Positions 49,388 to 62,085 of a stretch of DNA of 64,000 nucleotides are shown piece by piece. Location of the stretch: the IMG/VR virus record IMGVR_UViG_3300021962_000054, positions 31,796 through 95,795 of that record; one strand, given 5' to 3'. Every line of letters starts with the position of its first letter. The stretch's first letter is position 1. A model generated the notes under the pieces. That model searched no databases. It saw only the letters and a program-made list of their open reading frames with translations, and was not told the origin of the DNA. Made by a program: the position numbers and the translations under genes. The stretch comes from a virus.

Positions 49388-50077
49388 TTATGCACTAAAA
49401 GCATTCCCACCATTTAGGCTTGCTAATAGTAAAACTGAACTACTTGCGTCGCCGCCATCTCCGCTGACGCTAGGATCTATATAGACCCAACTTAGATTCC
49501 CTGAACCATCTGTTGCTAATACATATCCATTGCTACCGCCACCTATATGAACATTAGATGGGCTAGATGCAAATAATGAATCAATGTTAGCATTACCAAT
49601 ATTAGCATAGTCAAGGTTGGCTGTTCCTTGTAATCTTAGCAGACTAGTGTCTTTATCAAACGTGAAAGATGCACTACCACCAAATAAACCATCGTTATTA
49701 TATTGAACAGCAGTGTTTGAACCACCTGCGTTTGCAATCTCGCTTTGAATATTTGCCCAGTTTAGATTTCCTGTACCATCTGTGCGCAACACATAATTAT
49801 TACTGCCACCTGTGATAGTAACATTTCCTACTAAACCTAAATTTGTCTTACCCTCGACAACAAGATTTTCAACTTCGACATTACCTAAGTTTGCATTGAT
49901 GCTACCTAAGACTGTAACGTTTCCGTCTACTGTGACGTTTCCGCTTACCCCCAAATTTCCAACAATATTACCCTCGCCTGTAACAGCAAGATTGTCTACC
50001 AGTAGGGTGTCCCCTGCAGGTAATTCCTGAATTGTAAGAGTACTTGAGTTAGAAACTAACGGATACTTATTAGCCAT
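49388..50077 (-). CDS. fibre/virion structural protein
   Basis: VL.TDG.GNL.W and VQYN..G.FGGS repeats. Confidence 0.75.
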   Translation of the reverse strand: MANKYPLVSNSSTLTIQELPAGDTLLVDNLAVTGEGNIVGNLGVSGNVTVDGNVTVLGSINANLGNVEVENLVVEGKTNLGLVGNVTITGGSNNYVLRTDGTGNLNWANIQSEIANAGGSNTAVQYNNDGLFGGSASFTFDKDTSLLRLQGTANLDYANIGNANIDSLFASSPSNVHIGGGSNGYVLATDGSGNLSWVYIDPSVSGDGGDASSSVLLLASLNGGNAFSA

Positions 50078-50102
50078 TTTTACTTCCTAATAGTTGTATT
50101 TA

Positions 50103-51098
50103 TCATATTTGCGTAACATTGAGGTCTAAGAAAGAGCCGTCTCTTTGCTGCAACGGATATACTCTTAAAACAGCATTTGGGCTAGAAAGATATGTACTAC
50201 CGTCACGTAATTCCACTGTAATATAGTATACTGGAACCGTTTTCCAGCCTAATTGTTGTGTACCTTGATTTGTGACTCCCAAGACTTGCTGCCCTGTACC
50301 TGCATTATCGGGTAGTGTATACGCTGTACCATTAGGATATGAGATTTTAGATAAACTTACAACGTCTGTATCTTCGTCGTAAGTGAAAGTGCTGCTGCCA
50401 CCGAACTTTCCGTCATCATTATATTGTACCGATCTATTTGGGGCTGCTGCTACTGCTGCTTGCTGCCAATATAGATTTCCAAGACCGTCAGTTGACATCA
50501 CATATTGACTATTACCGCCGTAAATTTTTACATTTGAGATGTCGCCCAGATCGCTAATTCCATTGATGTACATTCCCTGACTAGAAAATGTAGCTACATT
50601 TGATGTGCCTGATACAGATATTGTTACATTTCCACTAGCAGTGGCTATGTCTACGTTACTTGATCCATTTGCTAATTTTGCTGTCACTATATTTGCGACA
50701 ATAGTATTAGCAGTTAGTGTATTTGCGATAATATCGTCAGCATTTATGTCAGCAGCATTTATATTTTGAGTGTTTATATTGTTACTAGTGACATTTCCCG
50801 TTACTGACAAGTTGCTACCGATAGATGTATTACCGGAAACTGTAAGACTTACTAATGTACCGACACTAGTAATGTTTGGCTGCGCATTATTTTTTACAGT
50901 ATTTGCAACATTAGCTTCTGGAAAGAGATTTCCGGCTTCAGAAAGTACGTAGTTTGCTAATTGATTTACATTTGACTTTAGAGACTGTCCGTCTGGGGTA
51001 GCAAGCGTGACCGTAGGATCGACTACTGGTATTATGATGTTACCAGATAAATTCGCGATAGAATTCAATCCTGTTATTTTAGTGCCACGTATTGCCAT
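50103..51098 (-). CDS. fibre/virion structural protein
   Basis: AQPNITSVGTL, TDG.GNL.W, VQYN motifs. Confidence 0.75.
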   Translation of the reverse strand: MAIRGTKITGLNSIANLSGNIIIPVVDPTVTLATPDGQSLKSNVNQLANYVLSEAGNLFPEANVANTVKNNAQPNITSVGTLVSLTVSGNTSIGSNLSVTGNVTSNNINTQNINAADINADDIIANTLTANTIVANIVTAKLANGSSNVDIATASGNVTISVSGTSNVATFSSQGMYINGISDLGDISNVKIYGGNSQYVMSTDGLGNLYWQQAAVAAAPNRSVQYNDDGKFGGSSTFTYDEDTDVVSLSKISYPNGTAYTLPDNAGTGQQVLGVTNQGTQQLGWKTVPVYYITVELRDGSTYLSSPNAVLRVYPLQQRDGSFLDLNVTQI

Positions 51099-51122
51099 CT
51101 TATTATCCTTATCTAGTATTTA

Positions 51123-52565
51123 TCAAAGGCCGTACATGGCCTTTGATGCGTTATAGTTTTTTAGTACTTGTGAGGCTGATAATGCATTGCTGTATATGCG
51201 CACTACTGAGATATCACCCGGAAAATAATTTGTAGAGGTAGTAGCTTCATCCCAACGTCTGGCTATTCTCATCCCTAACCCGCTTGCTTGACTAGTTCCT
51301 GCGTAACTAAGTGTGGTATTTGATGATCCGTTTACGTACTGTGTTATAGTATTTCCGTCATAAGTTCCTACAACATGATACCAAGTATTTAACGACGGAG
51401 CGAACCCAGTTGTAGTTCTCCAAGCACCGTTATAAAATCCTATACAGATATTAGAATTAGTTGGAAAAGTATTCGTCCCCATACTGAAATTTATTTTAGC
51501 TAGATCGAATATATCTGTAACTACCGCAGTGCATTTACCTGATAATGAACTTGTTACTCTAAACCAAGATTCTATTGTCCAGTTTGACAAACTTGAAATT
51601 GCAGGTAATGTGGCTTCTTCTAAACTGGCAGGAGCAAAGTTGAAATATCCCGGGCTAGTTACAGTATATGTAGGAGTGTTAACTAATGTAGCATTCACAG
51701 CATTTTTCAATCCAGTCCAAGTAGTACCACTACCCTGATAACTACCGCCACTCAAATATACTTGTAAACTGTCTGTAACGATTGTATTATTTGATGGTAA
51801 GTTCCATATAGATTTCAGATATGCTTCAACCTGTAAACATTCTGTTATGCTCAATGCTCTAGTCCATATCATGATGGTGCCTATAGCACCTTGAAAATAT
51901 ACTGTGCCAGCGGCATCACGACCTAGATACAAATAATTAGCACTAGCATTTGTTGCTGTGCCTACAGTGGTAGCACCGAAATCTAGTGTGATAGGTTGAC
52001 CATCATATCTAAACTTCAATCTATTATCATTGCCTGACTGTGTGCCGTCAAAGATTTGACCAAATATATGATAATTATTTGTATCTGCTGCTAAACTAGT
52101 AGCACGACCAGTGCCGCCTGCTTGTTTTACTTGCCAATAATTACCGTCCCAACTGATATTGAAATCACCTTGGTTACTTGTTACAATAGTGTTATTGCTT
52201 GTGCCTAATCTATATGCTTTGCTGACTACATAGATCGTTGCGCCGGGTAAACTCTGTGCCCAGGCGATAGGATTGATATCAAGGCTATCTGTCTCGCTAG
52301 CAGTAAACTCTACAACGCCACAACCATTTTGTTCGTTTGCTTGCCAAGTTGGTTTTACTGTTGATGAACCTGCTTTGTTAGCATCATGTCCTGTACCTGA
52401 TAAATCTTTCCAAGTAGTGACTACACTACCATCTGAAAGTGTGCTACCGAACTGTGCTGCATTGCCTGTGGTAGCGTCATACCATAGGTTCAAACTAGGC
52501 AATTGACTAGGATTGATGTTGTTGCTAGCGCCAACACCAACGATAGGCAACAATATGCCACCCAT
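51123..52565 (-). CDS. double LamG/concanavalin-like lectin domain protein
   Basis: W.DLSG.G, WYHVVGTYDG, F.G.I..VRIYS.ALS. Confidence 0.85.
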   Translation of the reverse strand: MGGILLPIVGVGASNNINPSQLPSLNLWYDATTGNAAQFGSTLSDGSVVTTWKDLSGTGHDANKAGSSTVKPTWQANEQNGCGVVEFTASETDSLDINPIAWAQSLPGATIYVVSKAYRLGTSNNTIVTSNQGDFNISWDGNYWQVKQAGGTGRATSLAADTNNYHIFGQIFDGTQSGNDNRLKFRYDGQPITLDFGATTVGTATNASANYLYLGRDAAGTVYFQGAIGTIMIWTRALSITECLQVEAYLKSIWNLPSNNTIVTDSLQVYLSGGSYQGSGTTWTGLKNAVNATLVNTPTYTVTSPGYFNFAPASLEEATLPAISSLSNWTIESWFRVTSSLSGKCTAVVTDIFDLAKINFSMGTNTFPTNSNICIGFYNGAWRTTTGFAPSLNTWYHVVGTYDGNTITQYVNGSSNTTLSYAGTSQASGLGMRIARRWDEATTSTNYFPGDISVVRIYSNALSASQVLKNYNASKAMYGL

Positions 52566-53476
52566 TATTGTACTCCGGCGCCAACTATGAACCAAGTATC
52601 AGTTGCTACTTTTGTTAGTGTTGCTACACCATAACTTGTAACTGTTCTATTACCTGCTGTGCTATTACCAGCGATATAAAGTGTGACACCGCTAGTAGCA
52701 TTGACTAGTATATTTGCTGAACCTTGATTGTAGATGTTGATAGCAGCACCGATATTGAATGCTACTGAACTATTCAATGGTATAGTCAATGTATTTGCTG
52801 TGGCTAGTGTTGAATAATAATGCTTGCCTGCATCGGTAAGAGCAAGTGTACTATCACCTGTAAATGATAGTTGAGGTATATCACGGTAGCCGATAGCGAA
52901 ACCTGCGGTGTTACCACTGATGTTACCATTGACCGTCAATAAATTTGTTGTCTTATCAAATGTTAGATTTGCTGATGCACCGGCAACACCGGCATCGTTG
53001 AATATGACTTGTGTGTTACTACCAGCAACTGGACCTGTTGCACCTGTAGCACCAGTGGCTCCATCGACACCTGCAACACCTGTTGCTCCCGTTGCCCCAT
53101 CAACACCTGCAACACCTGTTGCACCAGTTGCTCCATCTACACCTGCTGTGCCAGTGGCACCAGTGGCTCCATCTGTGCCGTTAGTTCCGGCTGGGCCAGT
53201 AGCACCTGTGCTTCCTGTATCGCCTGCTATACCGGGTGTACCTGGATCACCTTGCGGACCAGTGGCACCTGTTGCTCCATCTGTGCCGTTAGTTCCGGCT
53301 GGACCTGTACTACCAGTGGCTCCGTCTGCTCCTGCAACGCCTGTACTACCAGTCGCCCCATCAACACCTGCTCCAGTAGCCCCTTGTGGCCCCGTTGCTC
53401 CGGTCGCACCCTGATCACCCAGTGATGCTGGTTCCCATGTGCTTGTCAATGTGTTGTAATATTTTAGGACGCTCAT
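52565..53476 (-). CDS. collagen-like fibre protein
   Basis: About 40 G-X-Y triplets; C-terminal IGY...L...DAGK...W...G domain shared with 54935-57748. Confidence 0.85.
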   Translation of the reverse strand: MSVLKYYNTLTSTWEPASLGDQGATGATGPQGATGAGVDGATGSTGVAGADGATGSTGPAGTNGTDGATGATGPQGDPGTPGIAGDTGSTGATGPAGTNGTDGATGATGTAGVDGATGATGVAGVDGATGATGVAGVDGATGATGATGPVAGSNTQVIFNDAGVAGASANLTFDKTTNLLTVNGNISGNTAGFAIGYRDIPQLSFTGDSTLALTDAGKHYYSTLATANTLTIPLNSSVAFNIGAAINIYNQGSANILVNATSGVTLYIAGNSTAGNRTVTSYGVATLTKVATDTWFIVGAGVQ

Positions 53477-53506
53477 TATCTAAAAAACTCCAGTTCTATG
53501 TATTTA

Positions 53507-54934
53507 TTATAATCCGTAGATACTCTTTGTTGCGTTGTAATTTGCTAGTATCTGTGCACCGGTTAGTGCTGTTGAATATACTCTAATGACGCCATATCGT
53601 CCAGCATACCAGCCTGCGGTAGTACCTGTATATTCAGTATCATCTCTAGCACCAAATGCTAGATACCACTGTCCAGCGGTAGTAGCATAGGGTGGATCAT
53701 AATTCATTGTAATGCTACTGCCGGACACACCATTGAGATAGGGTGTCAATGTAGTGCCATTATAAGTAAAAGCCACTTGCTGCCAGTTATTGAGGAAATT
53801 GAGGCTAACACCGTTGACTACACGGCTTACACTTGTACCGTTCCATAATCCAGAAATGATAGTATTGTTGCTTATAGGACCAGCATAGATTTGTCCACTG
53901 GCAAAATGATATAGATCATTTGGTGTAGTAGTACTGAGCTGGCTCCACAAACAAGTGTTAGTAGTAGTAGGATATATCCAAACTTCAATAGTATGTGCTT
54001 CATCTATGCCATGATAGAAGTTAGGACTGACGATATAATCATTAGTGCCATCAAATGTGAAGTAATCTGTGTTATAAGCAGGTGAACCTGAGATAGTAGC
54101 ATCACGATTATTACCGCTTAGATCAGGCAATACTGTACCACTGCCACTGTAACTAGATGGATCATACCAGAAGTAAGGACTGCCTGAGATATATCTATAA
54201 CTGAATTCTTCATATAGATCACTTACTTCACTGTCTGATAATACTTTGTTGTAGTATTGTGCCACTGGCAATTTGCCATTGACATAATCCGTGATGTTAC
54301 GACCATAATAGCCTGCTGCTACTGCTATATTTCCAGTGGCTGGTATCATGTCTGTGCTGTTGTTAGTTGTAGATACCAAAACACCATTTTTATATAGTTT
54401 CAGTGCTGTGGAACTGACTGTTCCTACATAGTTATACCAGACACCCGTAGTCACTGTGGTAGTGTCTTCAGCATATATGGTAGTGTCGGTATTATCTACG
54501 ATCTTGATACACACTGTGTTTGATGTGCCATCACCGCCGGTACTGCCATTAGTGGCTTTCTGGAAGTAATATGCTGCTCGGGGAACACTAGTGTTAGATG
54601 TATCTTGTCCAATAAAAGTTTGCCAGCCAGTGAGATCGTCAAAGTTGACCCAGACATTGAAACTAAAACCTTCTGTGCGTGATGGAGTGATAGTTGAACT
54701 CACTGTGGCATATTGCGTAGTTCCATTGAAATCTAAAACGCCATAATTATTAGTAATATATGTTGGACTATTGACTAATGTACCGTTATTATCATAACCG
54801 CTTAGATCAGTCCATGTCGATCCTGAGCCACTGTAACTACTTGTATTGCCACTATCTAAGAATAAACGCAGTCCTGGTACATCCACATTTGTAGGCTGAA
54901 CATTGTTCATGATAGCCATCATGACGCCAGTCAT
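53507..54934 (-). CDS. double LamG-domain protein
   Basis: SY.GSG.TW.DLSG, F.FDGTNDY, YNKVLS / YSTALT. Confidence 0.85.
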   Translation of the reverse strand: MTGVMMAIMNNVQPTNVDVPGLRLFLDSGNTSSYSGSGSTWTDLSGYDNNGTLVNSPTYITNNYGVLDFNGTTQYATVSSTITPSRTEGFSFNVWVNFDDLTGWQTFIGQDTSNTSVPRAAYYFQKATNGSTGGDGTSNTVCIKIVDNTDTTIYAEDTTTVTTGVWYNYVGTVSSTALKLYKNGVLVSTTNNSTDMIPATGNIAVAAGYYGRNITDYVNGKLPVAQYYNKVLSDSEVSDLYEEFSYRYISGSPYFWYDPSSYSGSGTVLPDLSGNNRDATISGSPAYNTDYFTFDGTNDYIVSPNFYHGIDEAHTIEVWIYPTTTNTCLWSQLSTTTPNDLYHFASGQIYAGPISNNTIISGLWNGTSVSRVVNGVSLNFLNNWQQVAFTYNGTTLTPYLNGVSGSSITMNYDPPYATTAGQWYLAFGARDDTEYTGTTAGWYAGRYGVIRVYSTALTGAQILANYNATKSIYGL

Positions 54935-57748
54935 TTAGCTTACCCCGGTGCCGTTTATGAACCAAGTGTCTGTGCCAGTTTTGATGATAGTAGCCATGCC
55001 ATATGTGCCTACTATTCTATTTCCTGCAGTGGCATTGCCGGCAAGATATAAATTCACATTTGCGGCTGCGTTGACTAACACATTACCTACTGCTTGTACT
55101 ACTACTGATAATGCTGAACCGATAGGGAAAGCAACACTTGAGTTTTCAGGTATAGTCAATGTTAGATCACCTGCTGTATTAGAAAAGAAATGTTTTCCGC
55201 TATCAGTAAGACCTGCTGTAGCATTACTGTTTAGCACTACTTGAGGAAGTTCTAGATAACCTATATTATAACCATCAACATTAGCAGATATATTTCCAGT
55301 AAAGATACCATCAACAGCATATACATTGGCTAATGATATGAAATTGTTATTAGTGCTGATGTTTGCGTTAGCAAAGATATATTGAACATTGCTGATGTCA
55401 CCACCGATCTTCACATTGCCATTTATGTTAGCACCACCGGCACCAACATATAGTGAGTAAATATTTGCTTCGCCTGTTGAGATTAGATTGCCAGCAGTGA
55501 AACTACCATCTGTGTCAAAATACCATTGCTTGCTAATCAGTGCTGGAGGATCATTACCGTCTGGGCCAAAGATTGATAGTTCTATGCCAGTAGCACCATT
55601 GCCTGTCTGTATTTGATTATTGGTGAATGTAAAGTTGCCTGTATTTGCTGATGCACCAGTAGCACCTTGTGGACCAGTAGCACCAGCTGGACCAGTCGCG
55701 CCTGTAGCGCCTGCGCTTCCTGTCGCGGTAGTATCAACCCATAACACACTTGTATCTGTTGGTGCTGTCGCTTGTGCTACGATACCGGTATCGCCTGTCG
55801 CACCAGTAGCACCTGTGCTTCCATCAACACCTATAGTTCCTGCAGGACCTGTAGCACCTGTTGCGCCATCAGCACCGGCTGGTCCAGTCGCACCTGTGCT
55901 TCCATCGACACCTATAGTTCCTGCAGGACCAGTAGCACCTGTATCTCCTTGCGGTCCTGTTGCTCCAGTTGCGCCGGTCGCTCCGCTATCTAATAGTACT
56001 GGATTGCCGTTAGCATAATTGATGCTAAAACTATTGCCTGGTAGTGTTAGATTACTCTGATCAAATACGAATCCAGCAATGTTAGCACCGTCGTATGTTT
56101 CAACACTGCTAAAGCCAGTAAGAAAAGGAGCAGGACTTGCTAGACCATCACCTGCAATATTGCCTGGTACTGTTAGAACACTATCTATTCCAAACTGCCA
56201 AGTATGATTGTTACCACTTATATCACTGTCTGTTGTAAGATTTATTCCTAGACCAAGTGGAGAATCAATTCTGAATACCGGAGGTGCTGCGCCACCTTCA
56301 TCACCTATAAATGATCCATCTCTGAAATTTATGTAATTTGGAACAGTCAAGTCACCATTAGTGTCAAATGTCCAAGTAGTAGCATTTCCGTCAAAACCTG
56401 TAATGATGCTAACATTCTGTTCCTGCAAAGTAGCAAGTGTCATTGAATTGTTGCTGCCTACAATGAAACCTGATTCGCTTATATAAGATTCTGTGGCTAC
56501 ACCGCCGTCAATAAACTCTACGTAATCTGCTAATACTTTTCCATTAGACCTGATATTATCAACAACAATAGTGTCGCTGTTAGCACTGATAGTAGCATCA
56601 CCGATATAGATCGTGCTATTACTTAGATATAAATCTTGCCAACGATTATTAGCATTGCCTAATGTTAGTGGTAAACTATCCAATGGTACTAGATTTGATA
56701 ATACGCTGTCTGCAACTGATAAAAATTGTAGATCGGCTCTTGTGACAGTTAGAACACCGTCTTGTGGATTATACTGTAAATCATCATCAGCATCAATATG
56801 TACAGTACTATCACCGTGACCAGTTGTCAATACAACGTGGTAACTATAATTATTATTGACCTCTTCTACTACTATATCTGTAGCAGCGCCGACAAAATAA
56901 TTTGCTGATATATTACCTGCGTTGCTGATATTATAACCATTAGCGTCAACGTTTGATAACAATGTACCTTCAAATGCACCGGTCGCACCCGTCAGACCTG
57001 TAGCACCAGTAGGTCCTTCAACACCCTGTATGCCTGTAGCACCTGTTGCCCCTTCTGGGCCTGTGCTGCCTTCTGGGCCTGTGCTACCTGTAGCACCTAC
57101 TGCGCCAACAGCACCATCTAAGTTGACATACCATACACTATAACTACCACTACCTGCTACGGTGATGCTATCAAAGATAAGTTCGCCGTTAGCACTATCA
57201 TATGTCAATATAGGACCTGCCATGTAATTGTTAGGATCATGGCTTACTGTGATATCTTGTCCTACAGTATATGCTAATCCTGTATCTACTGTGAGCGTGA
57301 CATTGCCTGTAGTGATTGATAATGTAGTTGTGCTTTCAGTAGCATACTTGTCACCTTGTGGACCTGTAGCACCAGTAGCACCTATCTGATCGATCCAACC
57401 TAAACTTCCATCCCCAAATGTAGCAAGTACTTGTCCTGCTGTACCACCTAAGATAACGACATTGTTAGGATAACCTATGTTACTAGTACCAGTGACAGTA
57501 AGTCCTGTCAATGTACCCACGCTTGTGATATTTGGCTGCGCAGCGTTGACTACATTATAAGATAGATTTGCTAGATCGGCACTAACAAATAGATTGCCGC
57601 TTTCGCCTAAGATATAATTTGCTAATTGTTCAACTGTAACTTTATCTGTCGTGGCAGCACCGTTAACGCTGACGATAGGCAATAATGAAACATTGCTTAG
57701 ATTAGCATTGATATTAGGAAGTTGTGATATTTTTATATTTGCAGCCAT
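54935..57748 (-). CDS. collagen-like fibre protein
   Basis: KISQLP start, four GAT-rich collagen tracts, shared C-terminal domain. Confidence 0.85.
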   Translation of the reverse strand: MAANIKISQLPNINANLSNVSLLPIVSVNGAATTDKVTVEQLANYILGESGNLFVSADLANLSYNVVNAAQPNITSVGTLTGLTVTGTSNIGYPNNVVILGGTAGQVLATFGDGSLGWIDQIGATGATGPQGDKYATESTTTLSITTGNVTLTVDTGLAYTVGQDITVSHDPNNYMAGPILTYDSANGELIFDSITVAGSGSYSVWYVNLDGAVGAVGATGSTGPEGSTGPEGATGATGIQGVEGPTGATGLTGATGAFEGTLLSNVDANGYNISNAGNISANYFVGAATDIVVEEVNNNYSYHVVLTTGHGDSTVHIDADDDLQYNPQDGVLTVTRADLQFLSVADSVLSNLVPLDSLPLTLGNANNRWQDLYLSNSTIYIGDATISANSDTIVVDNIRSNGKVLADYVEFIDGGVATESYISESGFIVGSNNSMTLATLQEQNVSIITGFDGNATTWTFDTNGDLTVPNYINFRDGSFIGDEGGAAPPVFRIDSPLGLGINLTTDSDISGNNHTWQFGIDSVLTVPGNIAGDGLASPAPFLTGFSSVETYDGANIAGFVFDQSNLTLPGNSFSINYANGNPVLLDSGATGATGATGPQGDTGATGPAGTIGVDGSTGATGPAGADGATGATGPAGTIGVDGSTGATGATGDTGIVAQATAPTDTSVLWVDTTATGSAGATGATGPAGATGPQGATGASANTGNFTFTNNQIQTGNGATGIELSIFGPDGNDPPALISKQWYFDTDGSFTAGNLISTGEANIYSLYVGAGGANINGNVKIGGDISNVQYIFANANISTNNNFISLANVYAVDGIFTGNISANVDGYNIGYLELPQVVLNSNATAGLTDSGKHFFSNTAGDLTLTIPENSSVAFPIGSALSVVVQAVGNVLVNAAANVNLYLAGNATAGNRIVGTYGMATIIKTGTDTWFINGTGVS

Positions 57749-57761
57749 TTATTTTATCCTA

Positions 57762-59228
<1,467 letters not shown>

Positions 59229-59252
59229 AGTTCAGTCCTGATATTGTATTTA

Positions 59253-59579
59253 TCAATAAGGACTGAACGAACTCCCGCACCCGCACGTAGTTTTAGCTGA
59301 AGGATTATTCATGACAAATCTTGCACCTTGGAGATCATCTTTATAGTCAATAGTAAGCCCTTCAACATATAGTAAAGAGATAGGATCTATCAGCACATCT
59401 GTCCTGTCAGCAGGAACAATATAATCATCTTCTGCTTGCTCATCAGTCAATTCAAATGCATATGAAAAACCGCTGCATCCACCGCCCTGTATATACATGC
59501 GCAGTTTTAGGTTGGTTTCTTCTTTGGATGAGACAATTGTGTTGATTTGCGCTATCGCAGATTCAGTAAGATTGATCAT
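59253..59579 (-). CDS. erpA: A-type Fe-S carrier (ErpA/IscA)
   Basis: GGGCSGF.Y and NP.A..TCGCGSSF. Confidence 0.92.
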   Translation of the reverse strand: MINLTESAIAQINTIVSSKEETNLKLRMYIQGGGCSGFSYAFELTDEQAEDDYIVPADRTDVLIDPISLLYVEGLTIDYKDDLQGARFVMNNPSAKTTCGCGSSFSPY

Positions 59580-59593
59580 AACTCTTACTTATA

Positions 59594-60772
59594 TTATTTT
59601 CTATTGTACCCATATAAAGGTGCTACTTCGTCAGTAAACCCGAGATCAATGATGACTGGTCTACCGTTATAAACACCCCAGTTTGCTGGATTTTGTAGAT
59701 CACCTGAATCTAAAGTGCTGGACATAACTAATTCTGCTATTTCTTCGCTATATTGTCTAAAAATATTCCAACCTTCTTTTGTTGGTTTCCAATTGTCATT
59801 TGCTGTTTCAAAATAATATTTCTTTATTTTTTCATCATCCATGTCATGTGGACCGCGCTTGCCTGATATGTTTCTGACTAAGTTAGTCAAGAGCCACATA
59901 TTAGGAGCATGTAATAATTTCAACAGTGTGTCTCCGCGCACTTTCTTTGCTATCTCTGTTTGTAACCATACTGGACGCTTGTTTGCTTTATCGTAGTCAA
60001 TCAAAGGAATAACGATTGGTAGTCTGCCTACATAAAAATCTTCTAGTATCTCAATCTCTGCTTCGTTCTGTGCTAGACCTTTAGCATTCTTTGCGACTTT
60101 GAGTGCTGTTGGGCGACCTTCATAATCAATAGTCATAGCTACACGACTGCTACCACCACCTAATCTTTTAGCACGATCAAGTGCGTACTTTAGTCGATCC
60201 TTGAAAGTTTGGCGCAAATTCATTTTTTCTGGATCCCAATCTGGGGGTAGTGGAACCTCATCTAATTTTTGTTTGAAAGTATCTCCACTTATTATTTTTA
60301 CTTTTGCTGGAACATTTAGTGCTAGTGCTGCATATAGTCTTGTTCTACCACCAATTACATATAATCCTGTAGGTAGTTGTAGTAATACTGGTGCTTCGTA
60401 ATTACCTGACTTGATAGAATTTATAAGCCCACTTACATCATATCCACGATTGCGTTTTTCTCCAGCATCACGCGCTTTCATCAATTTAGCATATTGTTCT
60501 GCTGCATTAGGTTGACCACTAATTTTTATAATTGATTGTAATGTTTGTGCATCGTTGCCCTTATTGGCAAGATTTTTTAATTTTGGTATACTAGATGCAG
60601 GAATTTCTTTTTCAGCAACAGCATCTATAAGTGGTGAAATTTTTTCTGCACTTTCTTTATTTTGTAAAAGCCCTAAATCTTTTACAAATTTCTGTATTTC
60701 GGGCACAGGTTGACTTATCAGTTCCCATGCTTCTTCGTAGGCAGATTCAACTATGAATTCTTTTGCTCTCAT
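59594..60772 (-). CDS. ParB-like plus protein-kinase-like fusion protein
   Basis: PV.L.....VIGGRTR; LGGGSSR, ALKVAK, NEAE, DL...NWG, IIDLGF. Confidence 0.6.
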   Translation of the reverse strand: MRAKEFIVESAYEEAWELISQPVPEIQKFVKDLGLLQNKESAEKISPLIDAVAEKEIPASSIPKLKNLANKGNDAQTLQSIIKISGQPNAAEQYAKLMKARDAGEKRNRGYDVSGLINSIKSGNYEAPVLLQLPTGLYVIGGRTRLYAALALNVPAKVKIISGDTFKQKLDEVPLPPDWDPEKMNLRQTFKDRLKYALDRAKRLGGGSSRVAMTIDYEGRPTALKVAKNAKGLAQNEAEIEILEDFYVGRLPIVIPLIDYDKANKRPVWLQTEIAKKVRGDTLLKLLHAPNMWLLTNLVRNISGKRGPHDMDDEKIKKYYFETANDNWKPTKEGWNIFRQYSEEIAELVMSSTLDSGDLQNPANWGVYNGRPVIIDLGFTDEVAPLYGYNRK

Positions 60773-61323
60773 AAACTTTTACCCCAACGTGTGTTGATTA
60801 CGTTCCAGTTTATGATCTTCCATTGTTCTTTCAAATACTTTTTCTTGTCACTACCATAATCAAGTATCCAGGCATGTTCCCACCAGTCTACTAACAATAG
60901 TATATCATCACGCACTTCGTGATTCTTTATGATCTTGATCTTACCGTCATATGCTAGGTATATCCAATTGCTACCCTGTAGTTTCATGGCTTCTTCTTCA
61001 AAAGCAGATTTCATTTCATCGAAACTTCCATGGTGCTTGTTGATAAATCCTAGCATAGGACCGTTTGGTGGGTTGCTATTGCGCACTTCACGATACTGTG
61101 TGAACAATAGATTGTGCAGAAATACCCCTGCATAGTTGAAATCTTTATCGCCCTCACCTTTGTTATAGCGAGTAGCATAGCCCTTAGCGAGTTTTTCGTA
61201 GTGCAGGTCTAATGCATCTTTAGATAATACGGGACTGAGTTCACTTTCCTTGAAATTCAAGGGTATGATTTCAATATCTTTAGGACTAGCTTTGTCCTCT
61301 AATATCTTGATTATCTCGCGCAT
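60769..61323 (-). CDS. sod: Fe/Mn superoxide dismutase
   Basis: LHY, LHN, QGS.W and DWWEHAW metal ligands. Confidence 0.88.
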   Translation of the reverse strand: MREIIKILEDKASPKDIEIIPLNFKESELSPVLSKDALDLHYEKLAKGYATRYNKGEGDKDFNYAGVFLHNLLFTQYREVRNSNPPNGPMLGFINKHHGSFDEMKSAFEEEAMKLQGSNWIYLAYDGKIKIIKNHEVRDDILLLVDWWEHAWILDYGSDKKKYLKEQWKIINWNVINTRWGKSL

Positions 61324-62077
61324 TTATATATTTATCGTGATAATATGATACTAGATAGTCAGTGATAAGTTGGTGCGTATCGATACCTATGTGCTGCAAA
61401 TCTCTAGCTCTGCACTCCATATTTCTGTCAAATGTCTTGCATTCTAGATAGGGAAGGTTCGGATGAAAGATTGATATGTTACAGTAAGGAATGTCAAAAT
61501 GAGCTAATAAATTTTTTATCTGTAGACAATATAATTCTAGTCTAGTTCTAAAGAAGCCGACATTTGAGCCAGAGACAAGAAATTGTTTAGAATCGTCATC
61601 GCTGGACCAGGATCCATTTTCTACAAATGGCATGATCCCACCATATGCTCGACTCATAAATCTATTTTCATCGCTAAAGAATAGTACGATATATTTAGGT
61701 TTGGGGTATTTAGAAAGCCATACTAATAGATTGTGCATCATAAAGTCGATGCCCGTACCGCCTAAGCCCATGTTATAATAGTCACATCCTAGTGCTTTTG
61801 ATGTTTTATATGCGTAAGTATTTTCTAACTCTAGCCCTACGCCCTCAGTATGACTATCTCCCAAAAAAAGTATGTAGTTAGAAAAGTCTACGTCTGCGAT
61901 CTGCTTGCATCTATGTCCATTTTTATTATACCTATAAGTGATTTCTACATCTCTATAATACCAGTCTTGAGGCATTATTTTGAGATGTTTGAAAAAAAGA
62001 TTCTTTGAATCCATCCCTGAAAACAGCAATGTTTTATCACTATCAAACATGCCTAACAGATCATCGCGCATTTGCAT
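61286..62077 (-). CDS. SGNH-like hypothetical protein
   Basis: Y.YN..GHR, LGDSHT.G.G, N.G.GG, ARD..H.G. Confidence 0.6.
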   Translation of the reverse strand: MQMRDDLLGMFDSDKTLLFSGMDSKNLFFKHLKIMPQDWYYRDVEITYRYNKNGHRCKQIADVDFSNYILFLGDSHTEGVGLELENTYAYKTSKALGCDYYNMGLGGTGIDFMMHNLLVWLSKYPKPKYIVLFFSDENRFMSRAYGGIMPFVENGSWSSDDDSKQFLVSGSNVGFFRTRLELYCLQIKNLLAHFDIPYCNISIFHPNLPYLECKTFDRNMECRARDLQHIGIDTHQLITDYLVSYYHDKYINARDNQDIRGQS

Positions 62078-62085
62078 GTTGGTAC

